A DNA stretch of 64,000 bases, taken from Blastocladiella emersonii ATCC 22665 (Eukaryota > Fungi > Blastocladiomycota). Made by a program: the position numbers and the translations under genes. Each line of letters begins with the position of its first letter. Position 1 is the first letter of the stretch. Shown one piece after another: positions 31,342 through 44,794 of the stretch. The notes below the pieces were generated by a model. It was not told the origin of the DNA. It saw only the letters and a list, made by a program, of their open reading frames with translations, and did not search any database. The stretch covers positions 2,542,001-2,606,000 of the forward strand of contig JANHCV010000003.1 of assembly GCA_025594325.1 (NCBI GenBank). The letters run 5' to 3'.

Positions 31342-34300
31342 TCACGTACTCGCCCACAGCTCGCGCACCGTCTGCAGCAGCCGCTCGCGGCGCACGGGCT
31401 TGGTCAAGAACGCGTTGAACCCAATCGCGAGACACCGGTCGCGCTCCGTGTCCATGGCGTTGGCCGTGAGGGCGACCAGCGGCAGCTCGTCGCGCGAGAA
31501 GGTCTGCCGGATGATGCGCGCCGCCTCGATCCCGTCCAGCACGGGCATCATCAGGTCCAGCACCACCAGCTGGATCTCGCGCCCTTGCCCGCTGCCGTTG
31601 TCGGCCATGAGCAGGTCCAGCGCCTGCTGCCCGTTGTCGGCCACCACCACCCGGTGCCCGTCGCGCTCCAGGAATCGCCGCGTCAGCGCCTGGATCAGGA
31701 TGTTGTCCTCGACCAGCAGCACAACGAGGCCGCCCTCGGCTGGCGCGGATGCGGGCGGGGGTGGTGCAGAAGTCGGTGTCGGCGCGGGCAGGGCTGGCGC
31801 GGGCGACGCGTCGCCGTTGGGAGTCGCGACGGGGGTCGGCAGGCCTGGCGCTGCAGGGACCACCGCCTCGTCGACGGTCGGCTCGGGCGAGGCCACGACG
31901 GGCGCTGGCTCCCCGCTGACTTCGGGCTGCTGCTGCTGCTGTTCGACGACCGCCTGCTCGGGCTGCGACACCGCCGGTGCCCGCGCAATATCCACAGCGG
32001 CGATCCCGATCCCGCCGGGCGCGCCATGCACACTGCCGTCGGCATGCGCGCGACACACGCCGCCGTCCCCGGCCGCCTCGCCCACAACGTCGGGACACGC
32101 GCGAGCGGGGATCCGAACAACGATCTCGCGTCGCGCGACGTCGACGTCGACGTCGAGCGTGCCGTTAGCGATCTCGACGAGGCGCGCGAGGACCGCGACG
32201 CGGAGCCCCGTGAGCCGGAACGTGGCGCCCTGCGAGGTCACGGACCAGTCGAACGGGACCGACAGCGCGCCGAGGTCGCGCGGCGTGAGCGCAGCGCTGA
32301 GGGCGATGCGGACGAGGAGGTACGTCGTGGTGGTGGTCGAGTCGGGCCCCGCGGGGGAGGACAGCGACCAGTGCGGGTCGACGCGCGTGTCGGGCGGCGC
32401 CGACGCGCAGACTGCCGACACCTTGTGCAGGGCGTGCCGCCCGGTGCGCGTCACGAGGATGCACGACGGCGCGGCGGTGGTGGTGGGCCCGGTGGATGGC
32501 GCGAGGTGCCCGGCAAATACGCGCGCGAGCGCGACGTGGATCCACGGTTCCTCCGCCGCCGCTGCTGCTGCTGCCGCGGACTCGGGCGACTCGTCGGCCG
32601 CTGCTGCCGCCGGGTCGGGCGACGCCGATTCCGAAGGCATCTCCACCTCGACGTCGTCGCGGTGCGCGCCGGGAATGACGGCGATCATGCCCGCGCCGGC
32701 CGCGTCGTCGGCAATGGGCCACGAGAGGAGCGGGCTGGTGGGCGAGCTAGGCTCAGTCGCGCGCACGTTCGCCGAATCGTGCCGGCGCGCTGGCGGCGGC
32801 CGGTGGTGCGCCGCGTTCCCCTCGTCAACGGCACGTGCGATCGGGTCGCGCGACGGCGGGCCGAGCGGGTCGGGTGACGCGGTCCTTGGGGTCGGCGCGC
32901 CCGACGAGGACGACGCGAGGGCGCCGGGCAGCGGGACCGCGGGCATACGGGCGCTGGCCTCAATGTACTCGACGACGCCGTCGAGGAGGTTGCACACGTG
33001 GTCGGTCGCCGCGAGGATCGTGTCGCGGTCGACGGGCTCGCCGGCGGCCATGGCGCTGCCCTGGATCACGTAGACGGGGTTGCGCAGCTCGTGCGCGAGG
33101 TACAGGAGCAGGTGCCGCTGCTGCGTGTTGAGCGACTTGGTCTCGTCGAGCAGGTCGTTGAGCCGCCGGTCGCGCGCCCGCTGCTCTGTCAGGTCCGTGA
33201 GGACGAGCACCTGGTTCACGTCCGCGTTGCCTGTGGCGCGCGACACGGTCGCCATGGCGTCAACGGGTGGCGCGCCGGGCGTCGGGCGCAGGATCTGAAC
33301 CTCGCGCCGGCCGGGGACGAGCAGCGCGCGGTCCTCGGTGGGTACGGACGGCGGCAGGCCCGCGAGGAACGACGCCGCGTCGCTCTCCGAGAATTGTGAC
33401 ACACGGTGGCCGTGGTGGTGGTGGTGATGCTGGTGCCCGTGCCCGTGGTGATGATGCGCGTGATGCCCGTAGGGCGGGTGCGCGTGGTGGTGCTCGAGGA
33501 GCTGGTGCTGGCGCGCGTGGTGCGAAAGCGGCGGGCGCGCGGGTCCCGCAAACTCGCCCTCAGACTCGCTCGCGCTTCCGCTTGAGCTCCCACTACTACT
33601 ACTCGCGCTGCTGCTGCCGCCGCCATGGCGGTACATGGCGACGATGGACGCGCTGGTGGTCTCGGCGTCGTCGTGGATTCCGGCCGCGTCCATGGCGGCC
33701 GACGACCGAGCGATGCGGTGGCGCAGTCTCCGACGAGCGGTACGTGTGCGCGTGCGGTGGGCCGAGGCGGCCTCGGCGGCGGCAGCGACGGCGGGCGGCT
33801 CGGGGGCGAGGCGGAGCAGGTCCGACAGCTTGGCGACCTGGTGGATGGTGTCGGCCGTGTGGCCCGTGAGCTCGAGCAGCGGCGGGTTGACGCCGGACAC
33901 GGCGCCGCGCGCGTTGACGAGGATCATCGGGTTGGGCGTCGCCTGCATGATGGCTTCCGAGTAGCCCTTCCAGCAGCCGAGGAGGTTCTCCGTCTACGCG
34001 CACGGTTCGGTGGGGAAGTCAGCGACACGATCCAAAGCCCGGCGAAAAAGCAAGAACGCGTACGTTGCGGAGCCGCTGGAGGCGAAGCAGAATGTACCGG
34101 ACAACGGCAGCGAGGGTCGCGCCGCCGGCGACGATGAGGAGCGGTCCCCAGATCGCCCATCCGGAGATGAAGAGCTTACCGAGGGCGCCCGAGGGCGTGC
34201 AGTCGAGCTCGAAGCGCTGGTCGCCGAGCTGGATGACGCGCGAGTAGAGGAGCGGGAGGTCGGGTCCGTCGGACGAGTTACGCGGCGTGGCGTAGACGAG

Positions 34301-35556
34301 GGTGCCGTTGATGCGGAGGACCGTGTTGATCTGGGCGGCGACGGACGCGGACCCGACCGTGGCGTTGAGGTACGGCACGGCGTTGAACCCGCTCGACACG
34401 ACGAGGGTGCGGTTGCCCGCAATGGCGGGGATCTCGCTCGGGCGCGTGGTGACGGGCGGCGCGAACACGACGACGCCGGGCGCGGTCCCGCCGCGCGGCG
34501 CAACGAGCGGGACCACGTCCGAAATCTGCACGCGGTTGGTGGCGAGGGCGCGCAGGAGCGGTGGGACGCGGGCGCCAAAGGCACCGTCGAGGCCGACCAT
34601 GGACGAGTTTTGCGGGTACGTGTAGACGATGGGCCAGAAGACGGGGGCGGCGGCGTCGGGGCGGCGGACGTAGCCGGCGACGCCCGTGGTGGTGACGACA
34701 GTAGGCTCGACGATGGTGATGCCCGTCGCGGCCTCCCAGGCAATGCGGTCGGCGGCGGCGACGCGCTCGAGGACGACGAAGCGCAGAAAGTCGGAGAAGC
34801 GCGAGTCGCGGCCAAAGGCCCACATGGACTGCGGCGACAGGACGGGGATCTGCTCGACATAGGCGCGGTAGAAGGCGGTCGGGTCGAGCAGCTGGTTCTG
34901 CAGGTCGCTGGCGAGGCGGTCGGCCTGCTGGGTGCAGCGGAAGGTGAAGACGGACTGGACGTTGGCCCACTCGGCGGCGTCGATGGAGAGGTGGGTGTAG
35001 GCGGCGAGGCCGCACACGAGCGAGAAGACGAGCAGCGGCACGAGCCAGGCGAGCCAGGTGGCGCAGTTGATGGGCGGGACGCAGGCGAGCCAGTGGCGGG
35101 CGGTCGCCGAGGCGGCCGAGGTGGCATGGGCAAAGGGCGGAGCGGCGGCGGCGGCGGCCAGGGCGTGCTTGTCGCCCTTTGCGCGGCGGGATGGCGATGA
35201 TGCGGGAGCGGGTGGGTCGCCGTGGGCGTGTTGCTGCGCACGACGTGGTGGGGCGGCGAGGATGGCAATGTGGCCCTGGCGGTGCTGGCCCGATGGCGGA
35301 CGGTCGTGCGAAGGAGGATGGTCGTGCGAGGGGGGTCGTGGTGGTGGCGGCGGTCCGCGAGCGCGTTGGCGGCCCTCCTCGCCGTCGCCGTCGTTGCCCT
35401 CGGCAGCGGCAAGCGGGGTGTAGCCGCGAGGCGAGGCGTGGCCGTCGTGGCTGTGGGGCCGGCGGCGGGCGCGCGGGTTGGCGGCGGCATGGCGGCGGCA
35501 CCGCGGCTCGGTCGGCTCGAGCGGCGCGGCGAGCAGGCGGTGGTGGTCGCACGGCA

Positions 35557-35606
<50 letters not shown>

Positions 35607-35842
35607 GGTAACGCGTGGGCGTGCGCGTGGGCGTGGTGGAGATGGTGGCGGTCGCGGTGGGCGAGCAGCGGGGACGGCGCGTCGTCGACTGCGGTCGAGG
35701 CGGACGACGAGGGCAGCGAGGCCGAGGCGGAGGACGCGGAGGTGGACGGGGTCGAGAACCAGCGCGGCAAGCGCGGCGGGGTCATTGCGCGTGCTGCGTG
35801 GAAGGTCGGTCGCTCGCTAGCAGCGCGGCGGGCACGTTGCAT
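31342..35842 (-). CDS. HK1: CHASE-PAS hybrid histidine-kinase-like receptor with degenerate ATPase domain and complete receiver (intron 34063-33994)
   Basis: TM1, CHASE-like region (ERVAAADRIAWE...YTYPQN...GLDG...ALAT...VPLV), TM2, PAS (QATPNPMILVNARG...VNPPL...LTDLTEQR), H-box LAHELRNP, REC (VEDN, DLMMP, ALTAN, TKP). Start is 35842 or 35785. Confidence 0.85.
35558..35602. repeat. (CGG)15 microsatellite encoding poly-Pro in the HK1 N-terminus
   Basis: Direct read; matches the P15 run in the ORF translation. Confidence 0.9.
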
Positions 35843-36283
35843 GGAGTGGGAATTGCATGGCCGGGTGGTGGGGGGTTGCGAGGAGAGGAGCGGGCGTGAG
35901 TCAAGTTCGGACGTGACGGCGGGGCGGAGCGAAGAAGGAGGGGGCACGCGCACGCGCACGCACGCGGCCGAGTCCCCCCATGCGCGCGAGAGCACGACCG
36001 CGGGTGCGCGCGTAGCGTCCCTGCCGCGGATGGCCGGAGATGCCAAGCGACGCCACGGATCGAATGTCGACTGCTACTGCGACCGACGCCCACCACAGTC
36101 GCGGTCACAGCCAACTGGCCAACGCACCTTACTGTATTATCATACGTGTCACCTCACGGTGAACGGTAGTTTACAAGAGGAAGCCTCGAAGCGCTAGACG
36201 CCGCGCGGGAGAGAGAGAGAGCGAGCGCCCGCCGTCGCGCCGTCGCCTTGACCCTTGCGCGTCGCCCTCATCAACCCCTGCCT

Positions 36284-38743
36284 TCATGTCCAGTGGCCGG
36301 GCCGGCGCGAACCTGGACTCGGCGCCGAGGCCCACACTGTGCGCCCCGCCTCCCGTCCCCCGCCACGCGCCTGGGCCCGCCGGTCGGTCCCTGCCGGGCC
36401 TGCTCGATCGACGCGTCCCGATCGCCTCGTGCCTCCGCGGCCGCACTCACCGCCCGACCCGCGCAGCTGCCGTGTCGCCTCGACTCCGTCGAGCACGGGC
36501 ATAATCAGGTCCATGAGGATCACGCCGACGGCCGCGCGCGCGGGCGAGCCGGTCATGAGCAGCGCGTCGAGCGCCTCCTGCCCGTGGGCCGCCGTGAACA
36601 CGCGCGCGTACCCGGCACGCCGCAGCGTCGCCACCGTCACCCGCTGCACCAGCGCGTTGTCCTCGACCACGAGCACCGCCGTGCTCTCTTTTTGTGATGG
36701 TGGTGCTGCAGCTGCTTCCTCGGTCGACTGCGCCACCTGCTCAGGGGGCGGCGGCGGCAGCTGTTTCGGTGCTGGCGCTGAACTCGACGCTTCTGGCACT
36801 GCTTCCGGTGGCTGTGATCCGACGGCACACGCGTCAGGGACGACATCGGACAGCTGCGCTTCCGCCGGCGCGGGCAGCACCACAGCGACTGCCGCCGAGG
36901 CCGAGTCCAACATCAGCTCCGACTCGACAAGCGTCGCCTCCTCGTCGGCGTCAGCCGCGCGCGCTGCGCCGAGCAGCGGCGGCCCACCGGGCAACGTCGG
37001 CACGGGCCACCGCCACGCCGGCGCCCCGCCCTCGCCGCCAATCGCCTGCAGCGGGCACGGCGCGCCCGAGGGCGTCTTGCACGGCCGCACGGGGACGCGC
37101 AGCGTGAGCAGCCCGTCGTGCGCCGACACCGCGAGGGTGCCGCCCGCGGCCTCGGCGAGCGCGTGCATCTTGGCGAGCGCGGGATGGCGTTGCGTGGCCT
37201 CGAGCGGTGGCACGCGCAGGCGGACTTCGGCGACCAGGTGCGGCGTGCAGCCCGTCTCGACGAGCACGCCGAGCGTCCACCCGTCGACGGTCGTATTGGT
37301 GAGAGCGCGCCCGGCCACAGCGACCTCGGCGAGCGCGCGCCGCGCGCGACGTGTCACGCACACGCACGGCGGGGTGGTCGCGGTGCGCGGCTGCCCGTGC
37401 GGCGAGCCTGGGAGCCCCGTCAGGCTCTCGGCGGCCACGTCGACGTGGTACCACCCGTCCGCGTCCGTCGAGTCGCCCGCGTGGTCGCTGTTGCTGAGCG
37501 TGTCCGCGGACCCGGCGCGCGAGCCGTGCGTTGGTGGCACTGGCTCGAGGAGCACGGTGCCGGGAGCGAGCGCGGCGGGCGCGGGCACCAGCGTACGAGA
37601 CCACACCCCGACGCTGCCACCGCCGCCGCCGTCGCCGGTGCAGCTGCCAGCGCTCGACTCGACGCGCTGCTGCTGCTGCACCGGGCACGCCGACCCGGCG
37701 CCCGATGGACACGCTCGCACCGGCAGCCGCGCGACGAACATGTGGCCGGGGTACCCGCGGCACGGGACGACGTCGACGGCGCCGCCAGCGCGGCGCGCGA
37801 GGCGGCGCAGGACCGCGACCTGGAGCCCGAGCAGGCGGAACTCGGCGCCCTGGCCGGGGACCGACCAGTCAAAGTGGGTGGTGAGCGCCGTGATCTTGTG
37901 CGGCGCGAGCGTCGGCGGGAGCCACAGGCGGATCTTGGCCATGGCGGTCGCCGTGGCGCCGTCGCCGAGCGCGGGGATGTACGACCACCCGTTGGCCGTG
38001 GTGCCGGGCACGGTGCGCCCGACAATGGCGATCTTGGTCAGCGCGCAGCGCGCGAGCGGCGACACGCACATGCACGGTGGCGACGGCGACGGGGACGACC
38101 CGGCGCACCACTTGAGCCCGTGCAGCGACTCGGCCTCGATATTGACGTGGTGCCACCGCGCAGCGTCGGCCTCGCTCGCACCCGTGCTCGCCGTCGCGTC
38201 GACGGCAGGATCGTCGTTCTCGTCGCCGTCGGCCGCGCCCGTATACTCGACGACGGCTTGGAGGAGCGCGTGGACGTGTTCGGCGGCCGCGACCACGGCG
38301 GCGCGGTCGACGTCCGTCCCAACGGCCTCCATGGTGCCCTGGATCACGTAGACGGGGTTGCGCAGCTCGTGCGCGAGGTACAGGAGCAGGCGGCCCTGCT
38401 GCGCGTTGAGCGACTCGGTCTCCTTGAGCAGGTCGTTGAGCCGCCAGTCGCGCGTGTGCTGCTCGGTCAGGTCCGTGGTCGCTACTGCTGAGGTCGGGCG
38501 AGTCTGGCAGAGCGCTGCCCGAGCCGAGGATGGCGGGCGGCGGCCACAGCAGCGTGGTCGAGGCGGTTGACCCCCGCGTGGGCTCGAGGTGGCGCGCGAA
38601 CGGGTCCGACCTCTGCCGGTCACGGCGTGGTTGCGCACGCGTGCTCCTCGAACGCGCGGTCGGCGAGGAGGACAGCAGCAGGCCGAGGGTCGCGTCCGAG
38701 GGTGCTGGAGTCGGCTCAGCAACGTGCGAGCGGGCAGCGGCAT
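36284..38743 (-). pseudogene. HK2: truncated paralog (no CHASE/TM/PAS; HisKA + two HATPase-like domains + half receiver); pseudogene or soluble decoy
   Basis: Homology starts at TTDLTEQ. It has the H-box LAHELRNP and two copies of the W.HV.(I/V).AESL...PC.CV unit. The receiver stops after DLIMPVLDGVEATRQLR, with no TAN or KP motif. The frame is open from ATG 38743. Confidence 0.65.
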
Positions 38744-39143
38744 CGAGATCTGGGCACAGCGGCGCACGTTCGCCAGTTTGCCGGGCCGGCTGCCGGGTGC
38801 GACGTGTCGCGGCGCGTCGTGGGTCACGGCGGATCGGCTCTGGTTGGCTCAGACTCCATGTCACGGCCGTTGCGGGAAGTGGATTGATACATGGCTGCTG
38901 GGCAACGATGCAGACCGGCGAGAGAGAAGAGAGAGCGCGCGCACAGCGTGCAGGCCGCCGCCAGGGGCCATCCAACGCACCCCGCGCCCGCGGTGATCAC
39001 GCGCACTTGTCCCTCGCGTCGCAGACGCGTCCGTGCGTCTGTTTCAAAACAGGTCTTGAAGCCATCGCCACCGTCGAGTACACAAAACGAGATGAATGAA
39101 TTGCAAGGTAGCGAGCGACCAAAAAAAGGCGAGGGGGGAATAT

Positions 39144-42100
39144 TTACACGAGCGCGGCCGCGTCGACGGCGCCACCCTCGACGAGCGCCGCGACGGTACC
39201 GACGAGCACGTCCTTCTTGACGGGCTTGGTGAGGAATGCGTTGAACCCGGCGTCGCGGCACCGCGCGCGCTCCGCCTCGAGCGCGTTGGCCGTGAGCGCG
39301 AGCACCGGTAGCCGCGCGCGCGACCACGTTGCGCGCAGTTGCCGCGTCGCCTCGACGCCGTCGAGCACCGGCATCATGAGGTCCATGACCACCACGTCGA
39401 CGGGGAGCTGCTCCGGGTCGGTGGGCGAGGACCGCGCGGCGAGCAGGTCGAGCGCCTGCTGCCCGTCGTCCGCGACAAACACTTCGAACCCGGCGCGCTC
39501 GAGGAACCGCCGCGTCAGGTTCTGGATCAGCTTGTTGTCCTCGACGACGAGCACTCGGAGCGCAGCGGCGGCTGGCGGTGCGAGGGTGGCCGGTGATGGA
39601 GCGGTTGCAGTTGGTGGTGGCGGCGCTGATCGAGGCGCTGATGGTGGTGCTGCAGCAGGAACAGGCGAGAGCGGGGACGTTGATACAGCTGGTGACGCGG
39701 GCAACGGCGTCGCGATGGCAGCCTTGACGAGTCCCGGCGAAAGCAGCGGGACCGACTGCGGTATTGGTCGCGCCGGCGGCGGTGGCAGTCGGGGCGGCGG
39801 CTCGAGCGCGACCGCCGGGTCCACGGTGCGCGGGCCGGGGCACGCCGCGCCGTCAGCACACGGTCGCGCGGGCACGGCCAGCCGGATCGCGCGGCCCGCG
39901 CAGTCGACGTGCACGCTGCCGCCCGCGAGCGACGCGAGCAGCCGCAGGATCGCGAGCTGGAGGCCGACGAGGCGGAACTCGGCGCCCTGCCCGGGGATCG
40001 ACCAGTCGAACGTCGTACTGAGCGCGCTCTGGTCGTGCTCGGGCAGGTCGGCGGGCAGCGCGAGCGCGATGGTGACGGCGGCCGAGTCGTATCCGCAGTG
40101 CGAGACGGACGTTCCGGGGACCGCGGTCGCGACAGCCTCGAGCTTGCGCAGCACGCGAACCGCAGCGCGTGTCAGGACGAGGCACTGCGGCCACGCGCCG
40201 CTGACGTCGCCGAGGTGCGCGCCGGGCACGCCGCGGAACAGGTCGCGCACCGCGCTCGCACCGCCGTAGACGTGCGTCGGCAGCTCGAGCGCCGCTGCGC
40301 CGTCGCCGGGTAGCCGTGACCGGCTGGACAGCGACATGCGGCGGCGGCGGCGGCTCGCGGCCAGGCGGCGCGTAGCGAGCGACTCGGCCGACCCGGTCCC
40401 AGGCGGAGACACGGGCGAGCCAGTGAGCGGCGAGGATGACGGAGCTGCGGCCGCCACCGAGTCGCCCGCGTCCACGGCCTCGCGCGCCTCCATGTACTCG
40501 ACGACGGCGTCGAGCAGGGTGCACACGTGGTCGGTCGCCGTAGCGACAGCCGCACGATCAATCGCGTCGCCCGCCGCGGCCGTGGTGCCGGCCGTGTCGC
40601 CGCCGCCCTGCACGGTGCCCTGGATCACGTACACGGGATTTCGTAACTCGTGCGCGAGGTACAGCAGCAGGCGGCGCTGCTGCGCGTTGAGGAGCTCGGT
40701 CTCGCGCAGCAGCTCGGCGAGGCGGCGGTCGCGCGCGCGCTGCTCCGTCAGGTCCGTGAGGACCAGCACCTGGTTGACGGCCGGGTTGCCCGTCGGCTGC
40801 GACACGTTGATCATGGCGTCGATGCGGCGCGGCGGCGGCGGCGGGAGTGCGGCAGCCTCGAGGTCGACAAACTCGGGAGCATCGGACGCGGGGGTGTACG
40901 GGATCACGCGGACCTCGCGGCGGCCCGGGTGTAGCATGGCCGCTGTGACCGAGTCGATGAGCGGGTCGGCCGCCATGGCCTTGCCGCTCCCGCTGCTCGT
41001 GGTGCTGCTCATACTGCCCTTGGAGAGGAACTTGGCGGCGGCAATGGCCGGGCGGTTGGCGCGTGTAATGTCGTCGGTGGTCGTGACCGCAGCGGCCGCG
41101 GCAGCGGCGGACGTCACCGGTGCGGGTCCCGACCCAGCGGCCGTGGACAGATCGGTCGAGCTCGGGCACGGCGAGTCGGTAGGCGCGAGCAGGTCGGCGA
41201 CGCGGAACACGTTCTGGCGGATCGACTCGGGCGAGTGGCCCGTGAGCGCGAGGAGCGGCGCGTTGACGCCGACGACGGTGCCCTTGGCGTTGACGAGGAT
41301 CATGGGGTTGGGCGTGACCTGCATGATGGCCTCGGAGTGCCGCTTCCACGACCCGAGCAGGCGCTCGGTCGAGTGGAACCGGCGGAGGCGGACGAGGACG
41401 CGGGCCACGGCGACGGCGAGGACGAACCCGACGAGCGCCGTGATGATGGGCGCGGCCACGTTCCACCCGGACGTGAAGAGCGCGTTGAGCTCGGCCGACG
41501 CGACGCACGTCGCCTGGAACGTCTGCGCGGCCGCGGTGATGGGCAGCTTGACGGTGAACTGCGGCAGCGGCGTCGCGTCGGCGGGCGCGTCGGGCGGCGG
41601 CGAGTGGTACGAGAAGGCGTCGCCGAGGTCGATGGTCAGGCGCACGAGGCCGCGGGCGGCGGCGGGGCCGAGCGACGAGTCGAGGTAGCTTTGCAGCTAT
41701 GGGCGGGACGAGAGTCAGTTGATGGCCACGGTCGAGGTCGAGGTCGAAGTGAAAAGCGTACGTTGAACCCAGCGCAAATGGCCCATTGTGACCCGTCGGG
41801 GCGCGTGAAGGGGCGCGAGTAGTAGAGGACGCCCGGGACCGAGACGCCGAGCGGGGCGCGGAGCGGGACGACGGTGGTGAGCTGGCCGAACCCGGTCTCG
41901 TTGGCGGCGGCCGCAACAAACGCCTCGCCACGGATCCCCGAGCTGAGGTCCCAGCCGGTGAGCGATGCGCTGTACGGGTAGCTGAGCGACACGACCCAGT
42001 ACTCGTTGGCGCGCGGGCGCGGGCGCGAGGCGATGATGCGCATGTCGTCGCGCGCGATGCGATCGACCGACTCGAAGATGGTCACGTTGTTGGCAGCCTC

Positions 42101-43066
42101 CCACGCGGCGCGGCGGTCGTCGGCGACGCGCTCGAGGTAGACGAAGCGCAGGTAGCTCGAGAGGGCGGGGCTGGCCGAGAGCTGGGTGATGGACGCGTTG
42201 GTCATGGCGGGCAGCTGCGCGGCCGACGACCGCAGCAGCACGACGGGGGCCACGACGCGGCTCGACAGCTCGCCGGCCAGGCGGTCGCCGAGCTGGCCGC
42301 ACCGGTAGGTGAGCAGGGCGAGGGTGTTGTCGTCCTCGCCGCCGCGCAGGAGAAAGTGGATGAAGACGGCGAGCGTGATGGCGAGGGCGATCAGGGCGAC
42401 GGGGAGCACGGCGACGCAGGCGAGCGAGGGCGTCCCGCGGCCCGAGTAGATGGCGCGCGCGAGACGGTGCCACGGGCGCTGCCACGCGGGCAGGTCGGCC
42501 AGGTCCATGTAAGACGAGTCGGCCATGGACGAGGCCTTGGACGCAGCGAGAGGCACCGCACCGCCGAGGCCGCCGGTCGGGCTCTGCGGCGGCGGCAGCA
42601 GTGGTCCGCCAGCGTGGGCGACGCTGCGGTAGCGGTGCCGCTGCGCCTGGCCGCCCTCGGCCACGCCCGCGCTCGGCCCAGTGCCCGCGGAGACGAGCAG
42701 CGGGATGTCGGCGCCCCCAGCGCGCACGGCGTTGGGCGGCAGGGTGCTGAGGGCCCCGTCGGGCGATGCGGCGCGATGGCGGCGCGGCGGGCGAGTGCGC
42801 CCAGCAGGACCGGGAGCGCTGGCAGCGGTGTCGCGCGACGAGGTGCCGGCGGAGGCGGCCGAGTCGCCCGATACGGTGCGCGCGGCACTGGTGAGCGGGA
42901 ACGAGGCGTCGAGGGCGATCAGCGGCGCGTGGTCGTGGTCGGCGTCGTCGTTGGCGCGAGCCCGCGACGGTGCGGCGGCAGAGGGAGAGCCGAGCGGGAG
43001 CAGCGGCAGCGGCGGGAGCGTCTGGGCGCGCTTGTGCGGATGGCGGGAGCGGTCGCGCGGCGCCAT
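39144..43066 (-). CDS. HK3: CHASE-PAS hybrid histidine-kinase-like receptor with degenerate ATPase domain and complete receiver (intron 41761-41697)
   Basis: TM1 (LACVAVLPVALIALAITLAVFIHFLL), CHASE-like (LERVADDRRAAWE...YPYS...GWDLSS), TM2, PAS, LAHELRNP, REC (VEDN, DLMMP, ALTAN, TKP). Confidence 0.87.
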
Positions 43067-43858
43067 GGCGGCCCCTCGTCGAGGTCAACGAGCAATCAAT
43101 GTGCGAGGGTGCGATGTGCGATTGCGTTGCAGGAAGTGGGGGTTCGTGGTGGGCGACGGAGGGCGCGGATGGCAGGCAGCGGCGGCGGGTGGCAGCGGGC
43201 GGCAGCGGCGGCAGCGGCGGCAGCGGGAGCGAGGGACAGGGCGCGGGCGGCGATTAGCGAGCGAACGCAACGCGGGCCGCCAGCGCATGCCAACCCAAAC
43301 GATAACAACGCGCGGACGGCCCCCGAGTCGCGCGCGCCAAGCAGCCCGCGCCAGGCCGAGCGCGCCGCAGTGGGGCCGATGGCGGCGGTGCGGCGCGGCG
43401 CGATGCGTGCGGCGCAGACGGGCGCGGCGGTCGCGGCCCGCGGTCCACGCGACCGGGACGGGAAGGCGGGGCGGGGCGGGGCGGCGGGGCGGCGCGAGGT
43501 CGGCCGCGTCGGCGCGCTCGGCGGGTCTCCGATGCGCGACCTCGGCAGGGCGAGGCTCCTGCTCGAGCGCGAACGATCGACGCTGGTGAGTGATCGATCG
43601 GCTGCCGAGGGCCAAGTCATTGCTGGCGTTGCGCCACTGTTAATCCAACGCGCACACCGGTATTCTCAGGGGGCCATGCTCGAGCGAAGGCGCGGGAAGC
43701 CGTGGCTGCCTGGACGCCAGGCAAGTGATCGGACGTCAGACAAACCCAGCTCAGGTCGCAGCGCGCGCGGGAGACAGCGGCGCGGGAGACAGCGGCGAGA
43801 GGTGGTCAACAGGTACATTTCATTGCTAGTAAAAGAGGGTAGGTAACAAGCGCCGCCG

Positions 43859-44794
43859 TCACGCGGCGCCGTTGGCCGCCTTGGCTGGCGGCGCGGGCAA
43901 CCGGCCGGCGCGCTCGAGGCTGCCGTCGACAAGGCGCCACGCGGGCAGGAACTCGTCATCACGAACGCGCAGCGCCGGGTTGGGCACGGTGCGGTCGCGC
44001 GCGCCGAGCGACGTGTACCCGAGGTCGTACAGCGGGCAGTACTCGACGCGCAGCGCGAGCAGGAACAGCCAGATGTCGGCGAACCGCCAGTCGAGGATCG
44101 GGTTGACGCGCACCAGGTCGGGCCACCCCTTGTCCACGTCGCACGGCTGGAACGCCGCCAAATGTGCGCACCACGGGTCGGTCCGCCGCGTCCCGACGCA
44201 CACGGCGCGCGCCGCCGGGAACGCCGCGTGGAACGCCGCGAGCCCCGCCTGCATCGGGCCCGCCACCGTCACCATGTGCAGCCGGTACCGCGCCGCGCAC
44301 TTGGCCACAAACGCCGCCTCCTCGGGGAACCCGTTGGCCGGCGCCACGTGCACCGTGATCAGCTTGGTCGCCGCAGCGTCGGCGTCAACGCCCGCGAGCC
44401 GCGCGTGCCGGTGCAGCACCGCCGCCAGCATGTGCAGCAGCACCGTGCAGTCCTTGCCGCCGTTGAACGACATGCCGAGCTGCCGCGGCGGCGGCGCGTG
44501 ATACTCGAGCACCGCCGCCTCGAGCGTGGCGACTGCGCTGGTCACGATGGAGACGAGCCGCGCGCGTGCTGCGTCGGAGAGTTGGGAGGTTGCGGGCAGC
44601 GGGAGCGGTTGTGCAGGGTCGACGAGCCGCGTCGTGGCGACAAACTCGTACACGTCGCGCTCGACGGCCGCGAGGTCGAGTGGCGGGTACAGCGGGAGGT
44701 CCTCGGGGCCGCTCTCGGCGAGGGCCGCCAGCGCGGCGAACGCGTCGGCGTCGGTGCCGAGGTCGACGGCAGTCATGGGGCCGTTGGGTGTCAT
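43859..44794 (-). CDS. FAD1: FAD synthetase (FMN adenylyltransferase, PAPS-reductase fold)
   Basis: SFNGGKDCTVL, GTRRTDP, RVNPILDW, LYDLGYTSLG, ER.GR motifs. Confidence 0.92.
   Translation of the reverse strand: MTPNGPMTAVDLGTDADAFAALAALAESGPEDLPLYPPLDLAAVERDVYEFVATTRLVDPAQPLPLPATSQLSDAARARLVSIVTSAVATLEAAVLEYHAPPPRQLGMSFNGGKDCTVLLHMLAAVLHRHARLAGVDADAAATKLITVHVAPANGFPEEAAFVAKCAARYRLHMVTVAGPMQAGLAAFHAAFPAARAVCVGTRRTDPWCAHLAAFQPCDVDKGWPDLVRVNPILDWRFADIWLFLLALRVEYCPLYDLGYTSLGARDRTVPNPALRVRDDEFLPAWRLVDGSLERAGRLPAPPAKAANGAA

Noticed and set aside
43766-43795. 15-bp direct repeat CGCGGGAGACAGCGG x2
   Set aside because: Only two copies in GC-rich intergenic DNA; likely slippage.
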